DNA of 53,664 nt from Ghiorsea sp. (GCA_027059605.1 JALSZC010000068.1:1-53664), one strand, 5' to 3'; positions 28,204-39,236 are shown, numbered from the stretch's first letter. Numbers and translations: made by a program. The notes: generated by a model not told the origin, from the sequence alone.

Positions 28204-29352
28204 CTAAACTTCAGGTTTATGTGTGATAAAATCTAAGGTCTCCTGTGCAATTTCAGACCAAGAAAAATCTTTTCTTACCCTTTCTATCACATTTGCTTTG
28301 GTTTGAGCTGTAAACCCACCTTCAGGTACCTGATTCATACGCTCGGCTAACATTGAAACCTGACCAAGCTTAAAATAGTGCTTATCTTCTAATGCCATTT
28401 CAAGATGTGCTGGTATATCACTCACAACAGGATAAAGCCCATAAGATAAGGCCTCCAATAGCGCAATAGGCAAACCTTCATGAGAAGAAGGCAAGAAAAA
28501 GCACTCAGCATGGGTATACAATGATGCAAGCGAATCACCTGTTTGGAAACCTGTCAAAATAACATGGGGATGCTGCGCTGCAAGTTGTTGAATTTTATCC
28601 AAATATGCTTTTGAACCTTTATGAAAATCCCCAACCAATACCAACTTGCGGCTATCCCGTTTATTTGAAGCCAAAAAAGCTTCAATCAAATCATCTTGGC
28701 GCTTTTCAGGCACAAATCGAGAAACCATCAAAAAATATTTTTGCGGCTCTAAAGAAAACTGATTGAGAATGCTGGTAGATTCACAAAGTTTGGGTATTTC
28801 AACACCATTGTGTATCGCCCTAATATTCAAATGAGAACCATATTCCTGCTCTAAGAATTGCTGAATACTTTTTGAAACTGTGATGCAAGCATGTGCATAC
28901 TTTACACCAAGGTTTTCGCCCAAACGCAATATAACCTTAGCAAACCTACCCCACTTTTGGCGTTGATAATCCATACCATGATGCGTCATCACCACCTTCA
29001 AACCAAACAACCGCGCTAAAGGTACAAACAGTGCTGGTCCAACCGCATGAATATGCAACACATCAGGACGACGTACAATAATAGCATAACACACACCTAA
29101 AAAACTATGCACTAAAGTTTCTAAACCTGTTGAAGTAGGTGACCAAAGTGCCTTCATTTGAACACCTTCCCATCTATACTTAGCTGCGGTCACATAAGGT
29201 CGCCGCACAAGCACTTCAACATCACAGCCTAACTTTACCAACTCAGGATACAAATACTGCGCATGGGTCTCAATCCCCCCTTGAATATTGGGAAACCCTC
29301 GTAACCCAACAGCCATAATCCGCAATCGTTTAACATCAGGCACTTGATACAC
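28204..29352 (-). CDS. Glycosyltransferase family 4
   Basis: GLRGFPNIQGGIE at the N-terminus and PSSHEGLPIALLEA (EX7E). Confidence 0.93.
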   Translation of the reverse strand: MYQVPDVKRLRIMAVGLRGFPNIQGGIETHAQYLYPELVKLGCDVEVLVRRPYVTAAKYRWEGVQMKALWSPTSTGLETLVHSFLGVCYAIIVRRPDVLHIHAVGPALFVPLARLFGLKVVMTHHGMDYQRQKWGRFAKVILRLGENLGVKYAHACITVSKSIQQFLEQEYGSHLNIRAIHNGVEIPKLCESTSILNQFSLEPQKYFLMVSRFVPEKRQDDLIEAFLASNKRDSRKLVLVGDFHKGSKAYLDKIQQLAAQHPHVILTGFQTGDSLASLYTHAECFFLPSSHEGLPIALLEALSYGLYPVVSDIPAHLEMALEDKHYFKLGQVSMLAERMNQVPEGGFTAQTKANVIERVRKDFSWSEIAQETLDFITHKPEV

Positions 29353-30565
29353 CTAAACTATAATAAAGCTGCAAAAGTGATTGCTGATACTGTTTTGATG
29401 AAAATGATGTCTCCACCCAAGCTCTCCCTTGTCTGCCCATATCTTCCAACTGTATTGAAGTAAGGTTTTGAAATAAGTATAGCGCATCAGCTAATTTTTG
29501 GCTATCTCCCGATGGAAACAACATACCTGTCTCTCCTTGCTTCACCATTTCAGGTATACCGCCAATATCTGCACCAATCACTGGTTTGCCTAACGCATAT
29601 GCTTCTAGGATAGAAATAGGTGCATTCTCATACCATTCCGACGGTAACACCACCGCTCTGGCAGCACGAATCAAGGCATACAAGTTTTCACCTTGTTGAT
29701 AACCATGAAATTTTGCCTTCACACCATGTTTCTCTGCATAGTCCCTAGCTTGCTGTGATAACTCACCTTCACCAACAATATCCACAGGTACTCCAGAAAT
29801 TTTCGCAGCCTCAAGCAGAGTCATAATTCCCTTTTCTTCGGATAACCGTCCAAAAAAAACAAAGGATTCACCAGGGGTTATATTTGCTTCAAATTGTTCA
29901 ATATCAATGCAATTAGGAATATAAATAAACTTGCTTCTATCCCAGCCCCACTCAACAAATTTTTCCAAATAAAACTTGCTTGGCACAATAAAACGATCCA
30001 CATGATGATAAAGCTTCATGACTTTATGCACCCTGCTCTCCAAAGCAATCAAAGCACTCAAAACCCTTGAGTCTTTGATACATTTATGCTGAATCAATGG
30101 TAATACACTGCCAGCCTTGCAGCGTTCACAAACACCATCATGTGTAAGCATCTTGTACGCAGGACAAGCAATCTTTAAGTCATGCAGTGTCATCACCACG
30201 GGCACAGCGTGGTCTTTTAAACCAGATAAGATTGAAGGTGATATATGGTGGTAAATATTATGTAAGTGCGCAATATCTGGGGATATTTCTTGAATGCACC
30301 GTGTAATCTTATCCTTTGCTTCTAAAGAATAAACAACCTTAGCCGCCAACTGCATTTTTTTATACAACCCATAACTTTTCCCAAACTCAATTTCATCCAC
30401 AAAATGAATATCATGTTCAGAAGGTTCATTTTTCGCATGTTTCATAGCAAAAGGAACAACCTTCCACCCCAAGCCTTGCAACATCTCATTTTGACTCAAA
30501 AAAACAGCTTCTGCACCACCACGACGATAATAATAGTTATTTACACTTAATAACGTTGGCACCAC
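29336..30565 (-). CDS. Glycosyltransferase family 4
   Basis: YYRRGGAE, GRLSEEKG and PSEWYENAPISILEA. Confidence 0.93.
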   Translation of the reverse strand: MVPTLLSVNNYYYRRGGAEAVFLSQNEMLQGLGWKVVPFAMKHAKNEPSEHDIHFVDEIEFGKSYGLYKKMQLAAKVVYSLEAKDKITRCIQEISPDIAHLHNIYHHISPSILSGLKDHAVPVVMTLHDLKIACPAYKMLTHDGVCERCKAGSVLPLIQHKCIKDSRVLSALIALESRVHKVMKLYHHVDRFIVPSKFYLEKFVEWGWDRSKFIYIPNCIDIEQFEANITPGESFVFFGRLSEEKGIMTLLEAAKISGVPVDIVGEGELSQQARDYAEKHGVKAKFHGYQQGENLYALIRAARAVVLPSEWYENAPISILEAYALGKPVIGADIGGIPEMVKQGETGMLFPSGDSQKLADALYLFQNLTSIQLEDMGRQGRAWVETSFSSKQYQQSLLQLYYSLGVSSA

Positions 30566-30591
30566 ACATCCCTTGCCCTAGTATTCATGAT

Positions 30592-31467
30592 TTATAGCCA
30601 TCCTTGCTGTTGCAAGTAGCTAATTTCATCCGCAAACAAAGACTCCAACAACGCTTGGTGTGCTTGAGGAAGTTTGGTTCTTTGCGTTGGGTTAACCACT
30701 TGTTTATGCTGCATCAAGCTTTCAGCCATCGGTGTAACCTCAAGAAATTCACATACACGATCGAATAATTTTGTCGGGTTTTCCTTTACGTCTGAAAATT
30801 TCTGAATTAAAAAACAATCCTTATCCACATACTTTTCCCACAACGCAATCATAGACTGGTATTGACCACATCGCTTTTGATAGTCTCGCTGGTAAAATGC
30901 TGAAAACTCAGAAAAAGGAACATCTTTCAAGCTTCTTTTTCGTGCTTTAAGCAAATCTTTTTTGGCATGCGACCACGCACGTTCAATAGGATTACGCACC
31001 ATCATCATAATCTTTATATGTGGATTTAAGGTTAGCACTTCTGCAATCAAGCTTTCATCCATGGCAGCATAGGATGCTGTTGCCTCACCAAAAACTCGCG
31101 CTTTTTTATATTGAAACCAATCCAATGATGTTTTTGGTAAACGCCCCATCATTTTAAGGTTCATCGCATTAAGACGTAAGAAGTCACGCATACTTGGTTC
31201 AAACTTACGCAAATACCATGTGAGTTTTGTAGAATGAAACAACGCTCCTTGCTCCATCAAGTAATTAAAATAATACAGTTCTTTTTCTGCAGGAATAAAC
31301 ACATCAGGATGTTGAACCAAATACCGAGATAACCATGTTGTGCCTGTGCGCTGTGGACCTATCATTAAGAAATCGGGCACAGTGTATTGTTGATTATTTT
31401 GCATACCCGATACATTTACATGTTGAAACAGCTGCAATTGTTGTGCGGAAAATGTTCGCCTTGCCAT
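30592..31467 (-). CDS. PAPS-dependent sulfotransferase
   Basis: PDFLMIGPQRTGTTWL, KELYYF, GEATASY and VRNPIERAWS. Confidence 0.92.
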   Translation of the reverse strand: MARRTFSAQQLQLFQHVNVSGMQNNQQYTVPDFLMIGPQRTGTTWLSRYLVQHPDVFIPAEKELYYFNYLMEQGALFHSTKLTWYLRKFEPSMRDFLRLNAMNLKMMGRLPKTSLDWFQYKKARVFGEATASYAAMDESLIAEVLTLNPHIKIMMMVRNPIERAWSHAKKDLLKARKRSLKDVPFSEFSAFYQRDYQKRCGQYQSMIALWEKYVDKDCFLIQKFSDVKENPTKLFDRVCEFLEVTPMAESLMQHKQVVNPTQRTKLPQAHQALLESLFADEISYLQQQGWL

Positions 31468-31470
31468 CTT

Positions 31471-33642
31471 TTAACCCTTAACCTGTTCAACCAACTCATA
31501 AAATACAACTGGTCCCCAGCCTTGAATCTTATTATCCAAATCAAAGCTTAATGTTTTATCCTGATGCTGAATGGGAAGTTCTTTGATACGTTCTCCTCGT
31601 AAGTTTAAGGCATATAATTTCATTGGTTTTTTATGCTTTAAAGAGACCGAAAGCTTGCTACGTAAAATGCGCACAGGGAAACTTCCATACGCTTTTACAG
31701 TTTTCTCGCCATCGGCAAACACCATACCCGTATTTCGAGCATCAGTTTGGAATGTTAATAACAATCGTTTGCTTTGCGCCACAGGCAAGGTATCCAGTGC
31801 AGACACTGACACCAAGGCAGCATCCTGAATATTCGATATTTTCAAACCATCCAATATCACCTGCTTATCTTCATCTGAAAAAGTAGCTGCAAGCGTTTGT
31901 CTAGATGTGACAACAAATTGCTTCTTATCTACTGACAACTGAATATCTTCTTTAGGCACAGGGCTAGACTTATTAACACCAAGGATGACACGTTCAACAA
32001 CAGCCCTAGGCTGTCTAAGCACTTTAGCCAGAGGTTCCTTAATACTTACATCTTGATGATTAGAAAACACAACCTGCATAGACTGGCTTACACCCCAATC
32101 ACTTCCTAACTGCATACCTAAACTCAAATCCATCAAAGCAGTAGACCACGCTTTAGTCGCCCCTCTTTGTATCAATGCCTCTTGATTAAGTTGTATGTCC
32201 GCTTGCCAATGCGCAACCTTTACATCACCTCTCCTAAACAATAATGCCGACAAAGCCTCACCAGCACGCGCAATAGGATCCATACCTACATTAAATGCAC
32301 TAATTGCAGTATTAGCCTGTCCTTTTGCCTCATAAGAAAGCTGTACAGGCTCTGCAAAGCGACAAATCCCATCCCAATCTTGAAATGATGCATAAGCAGG
32401 AAAGACAAGACCAGCTTCCCTACGCCAAGGATTGGGGAATGGGTGATTGTACTCATCCACCACAAATGGTTTATCCGTCAGTCGGCTTGGTGCAATGGTG
32501 CGAATATAATATAAATTATTGCTTAGCGAGCTACTGTTTTCCTGTGTGCGCATCGGTGCAGCAGCCTTACCTAAACGACCTATTTTCTTAGGGTGATCAT
32601 GATAAGTGTGCAAGGTCACAACATCTAAAATATTACGAACAGAACCTGCCAACATTTCACGACTTGCATTCAAATTGGTTAGAAAACCTTGGTAACCCTC
32701 ATCGCGAAGGTAGTTTATCATTTCGCTATGCACCTTAGCTTCTGTATCATAAATAAAAGAAATTACATCACGCTTTTCGGGCTTACTTCCCCCTTTAAAA
32801 CGAAACTTTACATCAGTAAAATTGTGCACACCCATCAACCAAGACTCATTTAACCGTGTAACATCATGATACTTATGCTTTAGCCATTGCTGAAAACTGA
32901 CATCAACTTCTTGCTGCAACCGCAAGCGAAGCGTTTCAGGGTACTTCTTCTTTTGATACAGCTTAGATAATTGCTTGTACATGCCCATTTCATTCATCAA
33001 TGTAACCAACACAACAGATGGTTCATGCAATAAGGCTCGCTTGGTATATGGGTTTTCTTTGAGCAACAAGGCTTGTACAAGCTGTTTCCAATGGTCTCTT
33101 GCCTTTTGGCTTAAGTAGATTTCCAATTGCATGGCATGTTTATTTTTTTCAAAAGGAAATGCCACATCTGCAAACCCTCCATTCCAAGATGTTTCTGCAT
33201 CCAGTTCAATATATATGCCATGCTTTTGTAACACATACACCAAATAAAAAAGCTTATCCATTTCTTGCAAATTAAAATCAAAGTTTTTCTTAGCTCCTAC
33301 CATCAATGCCATATCCAGCATGTGCAAACGCAAAAAGTTATAACCTCTACGCTGTAACTCATTAGCAAGTGCCTCGGCATGTTTTTTATCGGGGAAGCCA
33401 CCTTTAAGACGCGTAAATGCCATCACAGCGCAGTGCATACGTTGTTTTTGATTCGATTTGGTTGTGAAAAAGTGTCCATCTTGAATGCTCAATGACTCTG
33501 TCTGCATGGGAAAGATAGTACTAAAATCTAAGGCACTTTGAGCCTGCACCTTTAAGTCCATTTCTTGTACAGCTAACCACTCTTTAGCCTGCAATGAAGC
33601 AGAACAGCAAAACATGCCCAATAGACATAAAACCTTCACCAT
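31471..33642 (-). CDS. Secreted clan GH-A-like glycoside hydrolase (TIM barrel)
   Basis: Signal peptide; GYNFLRLH, LMNE (acid/base-like), HTYHDHP and VVDEYN (nucleophile-like). Confidence 0.7.
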   Translation of the reverse strand: MVKVLCLLGMFCCSASLQAKEWLAVQEMDLKVQAQSALDFSTIFPMQTESLSIQDGHFFTTKSNQKQRMHCAVMAFTRLKGGFPDKKHAEALANELQRRGYNFLRLHMLDMALMVGAKKNFDFNLQEMDKLFYLVYVLQKHGIYIELDAETSWNGGFADVAFPFEKNKHAMQLEIYLSQKARDHWKQLVQALLLKENPYTKRALLHEPSVVLVTLMNEMGMYKQLSKLYQKKKYPETLRLRLQQEVDVSFQQWLKHKYHDVTRLNESWLMGVHNFTDVKFRFKGGSKPEKRDVISFIYDTEAKVHSEMINYLRDEGYQGFLTNLNASREMLAGSVRNILDVVTLHTYHDHPKKIGRLGKAAAPMRTQENSSSLSNNLYYIRTIAPSRLTDKPFVVDEYNHPFPNPWRREAGLVFPAYASFQDWDGICRFAEPVQLSYEAKGQANTAISAFNVGMDPIARAGEALSALLFRRGDVKVAHWQADIQLNQEALIQRGATKAWSTALMDLSLGMQLGSDWGVSQSMQVVFSNHQDVSIKEPLAKVLRQPRAVVERVILGVNKSSPVPKEDIQLSVDKKQFVVTSRQTLAATFSDEDKQVILDGLKISNIQDAALVSVSALDTLPVAQSKRLLLTFQTDARNTGMVFADGEKTVKAYGSFPVRILRSKLSVSLKHKKPMKLYALNLRGERIKELPIQHQDKTLSFDLDNKIQGWGPVVFYELVEQVKG

Positions 33643-35156
33643 AGGAACACCCTTTTTCCAACTGTCTTATTGATAAGGTTACGTTCTTTATCCTTAAAAA
33701 ACTGAACCTTTAAACCAACCCCATAAAAAACAATCAAACCAATCAAGGCTGACCCTATACTTACTATCAAACCATTTAGCTGTTGTTGCAGAAAGTACAT
33801 ACCAATACCAGATAAGAGTGCCATCCCTGCCATTTTAATCATACTTCGCCAGTCTTGCTGATAATGAAACCCTCGTCTTCTCAAGTGAAAGACCAAAAAC
33901 CAGTTTCTAACCCAAGAAACCGCAACTAAACCAAGTAAAACACCATATATCCCCCAGTATATGCTAGCTGCAACATACAAAGGTAACAACATCATTGCGA
34001 ACAGGTTGCTTTTGACCAGCAATATACTTTGGTCCACTGCATTGCTTAATACTTGTAATGCCATACGGTGGTTTTCAAGCATGAAGATGAAAATCAATGC
34101 TGCAATAATCCAACCACTACCAGCATATTTCCCTGCTGATACCCAGTCTAAAATAGCATATGAACCCAAGGCAAACCAAGCCAACATAGGCATCAACATA
34201 AAATAATTTAATTTTAGCACCAGCGATACCATATCATTCAACTCTACAAAGTTACCTGTTTCTCGATAACGTGCGATGTATACAGGCTCAATCGCTTGCA
34301 CAATCATTTTTGATGGTAAAATACGCTGTAAAAGCTGCATCATGGTGTATGCAAAACCAAGAGAAGCAACAGCAACAGCCCCCGCTACTGCTGCAAAAAG
34401 CATGCGTACAGCACCTGGTGACCAAGGTATACCCAATAAACTTTGCAACCAGTTTTTCCATGCAAAATGAAAGATTTTGTCTTGCCCTAAAGGCTGTTGT
34501 GTTTGCACCTCAGAACCTGCCAACAGTTGTCGCGATTTGTTCCATAAAACATATTGCCCAGCTAAAAAGGAAGTCATCACCGCAAACGCTTGTACCAAAA
34601 ACACTTCAAACAAAGAAAAACTATCTGCACCATGATATAAGTAGCCTAAAGGTAGCAATTTGAGTACCCACTCAAGTGCGGTAATTTTAGCTGCCACCTT
34701 TTGCAACAATAATACCTGCATGGTTCGCTGCGTTTGCTGATTAAGTGCATAAAAAAATGCAAAACTTGCAAAGCTCAATAAAACGCTTGGTTCTAAAGCC
34801 AAATGGATTATTTCACTGTAAGTCGCCAGCAACCAAAATGCGAACAGCATCATAGCATGCATCAGCATACGAATCACAATTAATGCTCGACTAAGAAACA
34901 CCAAACCTTGCAATTGTTTTTGAATGTAGAGCTCTGGTAAAAAACGCGGTTGTACCCGGCTAATTCCTGCATCACTCACCATAGCTGTCACAAGCATAAG
35001 CCCTAGCAGGGTCACATAAGTTGCAAAGTCGACAACTGTCAAACCGCGCACAATCATGAGTGATACCAACACCGCAGAAACAACCAGCACCATGCGCCCC
35101 ATCATAAAATGGAAAATACTTTGTCTCACTTTGTTAAAATTACGATACATATTCAT
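33636..35156 (-). CDS. wzx: Wzx-type oligosaccharide flippase (MOP/PST family)
   Basis: 506 aa with many TM segments; IVRGLTVVDFATY N-terminal pattern; located in a GT operon. Confidence 0.82.
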   Translation of the reverse strand: MNMYRNFNKVRQSIFHFMMGRMVLVVSAVLVSLMIVRGLTVVDFATYVTLLGLMLVTAMVSDAGISRVQPRFLPELYIQKQLQGLVFLSRALIVIRMLMHAMMLFAFWLLATYSEIIHLALEPSVLLSFASFAFFYALNQQTQRTMQVLLLQKVAAKITALEWVLKLLPLGYLYHGADSFSLFEVFLVQAFAVMTSFLAGQYVLWNKSRQLLAGSEVQTQQPLGQDKIFHFAWKNWLQSLLGIPWSPGAVRMLFAAVAGAVAVASLGFAYTMMQLLQRILPSKMIVQAIEPVYIARYRETGNFVELNDMVSLVLKLNYFMLMPMLAWFALGSYAILDWVSAGKYAGSGWIIAALIFIFMLENHRMALQVLSNAVDQSILLVKSNLFAMMLLPLYVAASIYWGIYGVLLGLVAVSWVRNWFLVFHLRRRGFHYQQDWRSMIKMAGMALLSGIGMYFLQQQLNGLIVSIGSALIGLIVFYGVGLKVQFFKDKERNLINKTVGKRVFLW

Positions 35157-35163
35157 AATATAT

Positions 35164-36219
35164 TCACTCGATGATATTCCCCATGTTTACCCCTTGAAAG
35201 AACCACTCTCCTAAGAAATTATACAAATATATTTGCCCTATTTTTCTCCGAGAAAAGCCTTTTGTTGCCAATGCTGTGTGAAAGGTTTTAGCATCAGAAT
35301 AAACGAGAGACTGCGCAGATAGACTTGCTTTTAAACTAATAACATATTGATCAACATAAGCTTGCTCTTGCACATCATACGGCAAAGAAACCCCATATTT
35401 TTCTAATACGACATGGTCATACTGCGAATCTTTAATCATCAATGGCGTAGAGATATTGGGAATAACCACCTCGGGCAGCAAGCAACGTTGGACATTAGCT
35501 GCATTCAAAGCTGCACAATCCGCATCTACAAAGCTATGGTGTAACACATAATACTGCTGCATTTGTGTTGATATTGCAGGTACAAGGTTATGATATACGG
35601 GTACATCTATCGCATAACCTGCATCCATCACCCCTTTGACCTGAGTTTGTGGGAGTTTCGCTGCCAACCAGTCCAAATGTTGCAACACACCTTGCGTTCC
35701 TGATGATGCACCAGAGAGCAATACTTTAGCTGCTTGGTTCAAACCTTTATTGTTTATTAAATCTTGCACAATTGCCTTGAAACTAACAGAGCCTAAGAAG
35801 CTAAAACCTTGGTTGTTAAAGCTTGTCCCTGTCCAACCATCACCACTGCACTGCCTTAACAACACATGATTACTCTGATAAAAAAATGGGTTTTCACTGT
35901 AAACATCAGATAGGATACCCTCCCCTAACAAACTAGTCTCCCAAGTTTGTGAAGAACTAAACTGAGCTGAGATAAGCTTACACTCAGCTAGGGTTGCACA
36001 CCGCCCACCTCCTGAAAAGTGTATAACCCATGTATCTACCCCTGCACCAGAACCAGGCTGCAAATAGTATGCGATGGGGCTACCATCCATACACAAAGCT
36101 TGGCGATGAATAGCATCCACCACTTCAATTTTCTTTAATGCTCCAGGTGGACGCGGGGACACATCTGCAGAACACGATGTAAAAACAAATATGACAAGTA
36201 AGCTCACGAACCATTTCAT
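35164..36219 (-). CDS. Pectinacetylesterase/Notum-family esterase, lipoprotein
   Basis: Lipobox FTSC; ALCMDGSPIAYY, SGGGRC, NPFF, QCSGD and GASSG. Paralog of 26956-28032. Confidence 0.85.
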   Translation of the reverse strand: MKWFVSLLVIFVFTSCSADVSPRPPGALKKIEVVDAIHRQALCMDGSPIAYYLQPGSGAGVDTWVIHFSGGGRCATLAECKLISAQFSSSQTWETSLLGEGILSDVYSENPFFYQSNHVLLRQCSGDGWTGTSFNNQGFSFLGSVSFKAIVQDLINNKGLNQAAKVLLSGASSGTQGVLQHLDWLAAKLPQTQVKGVMDAGYAIDVPVYHNLVPAISTQMQQYYVLHHSFVDADCAALNAANVQRCLLPEVVIPNISTPLMIKDSQYDHVVLEKYGVSLPYDVQEQAYVDQYVISLKASLSAQSLVYSDAKTFHTALATKGFSRRKIGQIYLYNFLGEWFFQGVNMGNIIE

Positions 36220-37118
36220 AAATAGTCCAACTGTTTCAAAAGTGTTTGCTGTTGCTGTAAAACTTTTTCATACGCTTGCGGCTGCCATGCTTCTTTCCAC
36301 TTAGATTTTACAGGCTTAAGACCTATACTTTGCACTTGCTCAATATAATCTGCATTGGGTTCTACTTCCATAAACTGTAAAATATTTTCCAACACCAGCA
36401 ACGGCGTTTTTAATAAATCTTCGTAACGAACATGTAATACCTGCTCGTCTCTTACTTGCCCCAGCGCAGCATCAACTGTCGTGACTGCTTCAACCCATGT
36501 CTTAGCCGTCACCGATAATGCATCCCACCCATCAGCTTTCAACTCACGCATCGTTTTATTTGCCCACCAAACACGTGCATCATCATGCCACCAATTTACT
36601 TGTGTAAATGAATGTGCAACATCACGTCCATCGCGTATCAAATGAATAAACTTTGCTTCGGGAAAAGCTTTTTGTAGCCATGGTATACGACGGTTATTCG
36701 CCACCCTTTTACTCAACATACTATCTGCACCTTGTTGTTGAGCTAAACGCAACATGCTTTCTCGGAACTTTTGCGCTGGTTTGTCATCTTTAGCCTGTGA
36801 TTTAGCCTCAAACAAGGGGATACCTGCCCGTGCATAAATATTTTCACCTTCTACAGGCCAAGGTATCAAACGTTTAAACAAACCACGTTGAAAACCATGA
36901 GCATTGCCACTGCGTTCAAACCATACGCTTCGTTTTAGGGCAAGATGCTGTGATAACCAACGGTTGGTATAACCTGTAGGCAAAAAAGCAGGGAAACTAT
37001 TGTTATAACTACTGATATAACCAACCTTAGCATGCAGTGACAACAATTTATAAAGCAGCGTGCTTCCAGAACGACCTGCACCAAGTAAAAATGTCATGTT
37101 GGGTTGTTGCTTAAACAT
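36216..37118 (-). CDS. PAPS-dependent sulfotransferase
   Basis: FLLGAGRSGSTLL, FIHLIRDGRDV and VRYEDL. Likely ATG 37118 overlaps the upstream stop. Confidence 0.9.
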   Translation of the reverse strand: MFKQQPNMTFLLGAGRSGSTLLYKLLSLHAKVGYISSYNNSFPAFLPTGYTNRWLSQHLALKRSVWFERSGNAHGFQRGLFKRLIPWPVEGENIYARAGIPLFEAKSQAKDDKPAQKFRESMLRLAQQQGADSMLSKRVANNRRIPWLQKAFPEAKFIHLIRDGRDVAHSFTQVNWWHDDARVWWANKTMRELKADGWDALSVTAKTWVEAVTTVDAALGQVRDEQVLHVRYEDLLKTPLLVLENILQFMEVEPNADYIEQVQSIGLKPVKSKWKEAWQPQAYEKVLQQQQTLLKQLDYL

Positions 37119-37986
37119 AATCGTACTTTTCCAGTAAACCAGCGATACAATCTTCCATGTCGGCAACTTGCTGTGCTGTTAAATCTGTCTTAAAAGATTG
37201 ACGGCGACCACTACTTACCCGCGAAGCTAAAAAGTTTGCATTGATATAATCAGCATCAGGTAACCCACCCCATGCTGTAATATTCTTCAATACTTGTTCT
37301 GGATTATCGAGGAAATCTTCATAACGACAAGTCATATAACGCGAAGCATCTATATTTCTTTCAGCATCTATAAAACCTTGCATTAGCTTTTTCCAAGCCA
37401 GTGCTGCCAACACAGGGTATGCAAAACCTTTTTCTTTCCATAAAGATTGTTCTTCCTCTGTTAATGCACCCCATAACCATTTCTCAGGGCCTTGATAGCC
37501 ACCCCACCACGGCATCTGCAGCCATGAGTTTGCAACAGCCCGACCATCACGAACAATGTGCACAAACTTGGCTTCTGGAAAAATTTCTGCAAAAAATTGA
37601 ATCCTAGACCAACCCGTATATTTATGTAAAAAAACAGCTTTTCCTTGCGCCAGAAACCGTTGCTCAAAAAAACGATGAAACCGCTCTCTTAACCAAGGTG
37701 TTACATCTTCGGCGAGTAGGTCTCGGCATGAATTTTCATAAATCGGTGACACTTGCTTACATATCAAGCGATAAGCCTCAGAAGGCGCAAACCTTGCTTG
37801 TCCTTTTTGGGTTAACTTACCTTTCATTGCACGAAAAACCGCATTATTCCATGTGCCTAAACTATTCAGTGAAGGCAAACGGTCATCCAAATTGGACACA
37901 AAACCTGCTTGTTGATTCAAAGCGACAAGCTCATGCACCAATGAAGAGCCACAGCGACCTGTCCCAATAATAAATAAAAGCTTCAC
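37111..37986 (-). CDS. PAPS-dependent sulfotransferase
   Basis: FIIGTGRCGSSL, FVHIVRDGRAVANS and RYEDF. Confidence 0.9.
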   Translation of the reverse strand: MKLLFIIGTGRCGSSLVHELVALNQQAGFVSNLDDRLPSLNSLGTWNNAVFRAMKGKLTQKGQARFAPSEAYRLICKQVSPIYENSCRDLLAEDVTPWLRERFHRFFEQRFLAQGKAVFLHKYTGWSRIQFFAEIFPEAKFVHIVRDGRAVANSWLQMPWWGGYQGPEKWLWGALTEEEQSLWKEKGFAYPVLAALAWKKLMQGFIDAERNIDASRYMTCRYEDFLDNPEQVLKNITAWGGLPDADYINANFLASRVSSGRRQSFKTDLTAQQVADMEDCIAGLLEKYDYV

Positions 37987-39236
37987 TTAGCCCCCTTCTT
38001 GTTTGCTGCAGTGGTTTGCACTAATTGCTGATACACGTTCGCAACTTGGCTAGAAATCACATCATAATTGCGTGTGTCTTTCACGTATTTCTGACCAAGC
38101 TTACCCATCATAGACCATTGTTCAGGATGTTGAAACAAAGACAACATACCTTGTGCAAAAGATTCTGGGGTATAATCAGTGACTACACCTGCTCCACTCT
38201 CTTCAATCACCTGACTTTGATCAGGGTGGTTATTGACAACCACAGGTTTGCCCAAAGCTAAATACTCCACAACTTTGGTTGGTGATGTCGAATCAAGAAT
38301 GGGGCTAGGACGAAATGGAGACAAGCAAATATCTGCAGCTAATACATATGCCCATGCTTCTTGCATATTCAGCAGCCCCGTAAAATGAACCGAGTCTGAA
38401 ATACCAAGTTTCATAGCAATATCTTGTAACCGTTGCACATCCGCAGGTTCTCCACCCACCATCAATAACACAGCATCATGCTCTACTTTTAGAACATGTA
38501 CAAAAGCCTCTAAAATAAAATCCAATTGCCGCACCTTGACCATGGTTCCCATATATACGGCAACCTTGGCTTGCTTGGATAAACCAAGGCTCTTTGCCAC
38601 TGGTAAACCTTGCAGGCGCTCCCATGCAATACCCATAGGCACAGCCATCATTTTATGGCGTGCAACACCCTGTTTCTCAACATCTTTCAACATCTGTTCA
38701 CTTTGCACAAACACAAAGTCTGCGTGCGGTAGAATGATCTGGTAAAGCAACCAGTGTGTCAGCCTTCCACGCACAAAATAAAACACACGATATAAAAAAG
38801 AGTATGCATCTTTCTCCGCTTGAATACGGTACAAATCCGCCTCGGCATAAGGAAAAGACATCCAATAGCAAAATATACCGCCCCGCCCTTTCATTGCGAC
38901 TAACCCAACCAATGCAACCCAGAATTTATCCCTAACTTGCACAATATCATAATCACTTTTGCGAATATAAAACCACGCTTTACAGTCATGCAAAAATGCA
39001 AACCACTGATTTTGTATTTTTTTTAAAATACCTTGACGCTTTGAGTTTTTACCAAGAAAAACTATCTCACCAGCAGCATCTACAACCTGGCTACCCTCTA
39101 ATGATTCGCCCATATTTTGCATGTGCCAGTCCAGCTTTATATCCAACTGACGGCATACACGCTTCGAAAATAAATCCTGCAGATCCACCCGCGATGCAGG
39201 GTATTTTTCGCGTGTGCTATAAAACATTTTTATCAT
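37983..39236 (-). CDS. Glycosyltransferase family 4
   Basis: YMGTM, ADICLSP and SPTKVVEYLALGKPVV. Confidence 0.9.
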   Translation of the reverse strand: MIKMFYSTREKYPASRVDLQDLFSKRVCRQLDIKLDWHMQNMGESLEGSQVVDAAGEIVFLGKNSKRQGILKKIQNQWFAFLHDCKAWFYIRKSDYDIVQVRDKFWVALVGLVAMKGRGGIFCYWMSFPYAEADLYRIQAEKDAYSFLYRVFYFVRGRLTHWLLYQIILPHADFVFVQSEQMLKDVEKQGVARHKMMAVPMGIAWERLQGLPVAKSLGLSKQAKVAVYMGTMVKVRQLDFILEAFVHVLKVEHDAVLLMVGGEPADVQRLQDIAMKLGISDSVHFTGLLNMQEAWAYVLAADICLSPFRPSPILDSTSPTKVVEYLALGKPVVVNNHPDQSQVIEESGAGVVTDYTPESFAQGMLSLFQHPEQWSMMGKLGQKYVKDTRNYDVISSQVANVYQQLVQTTAANKKGAK

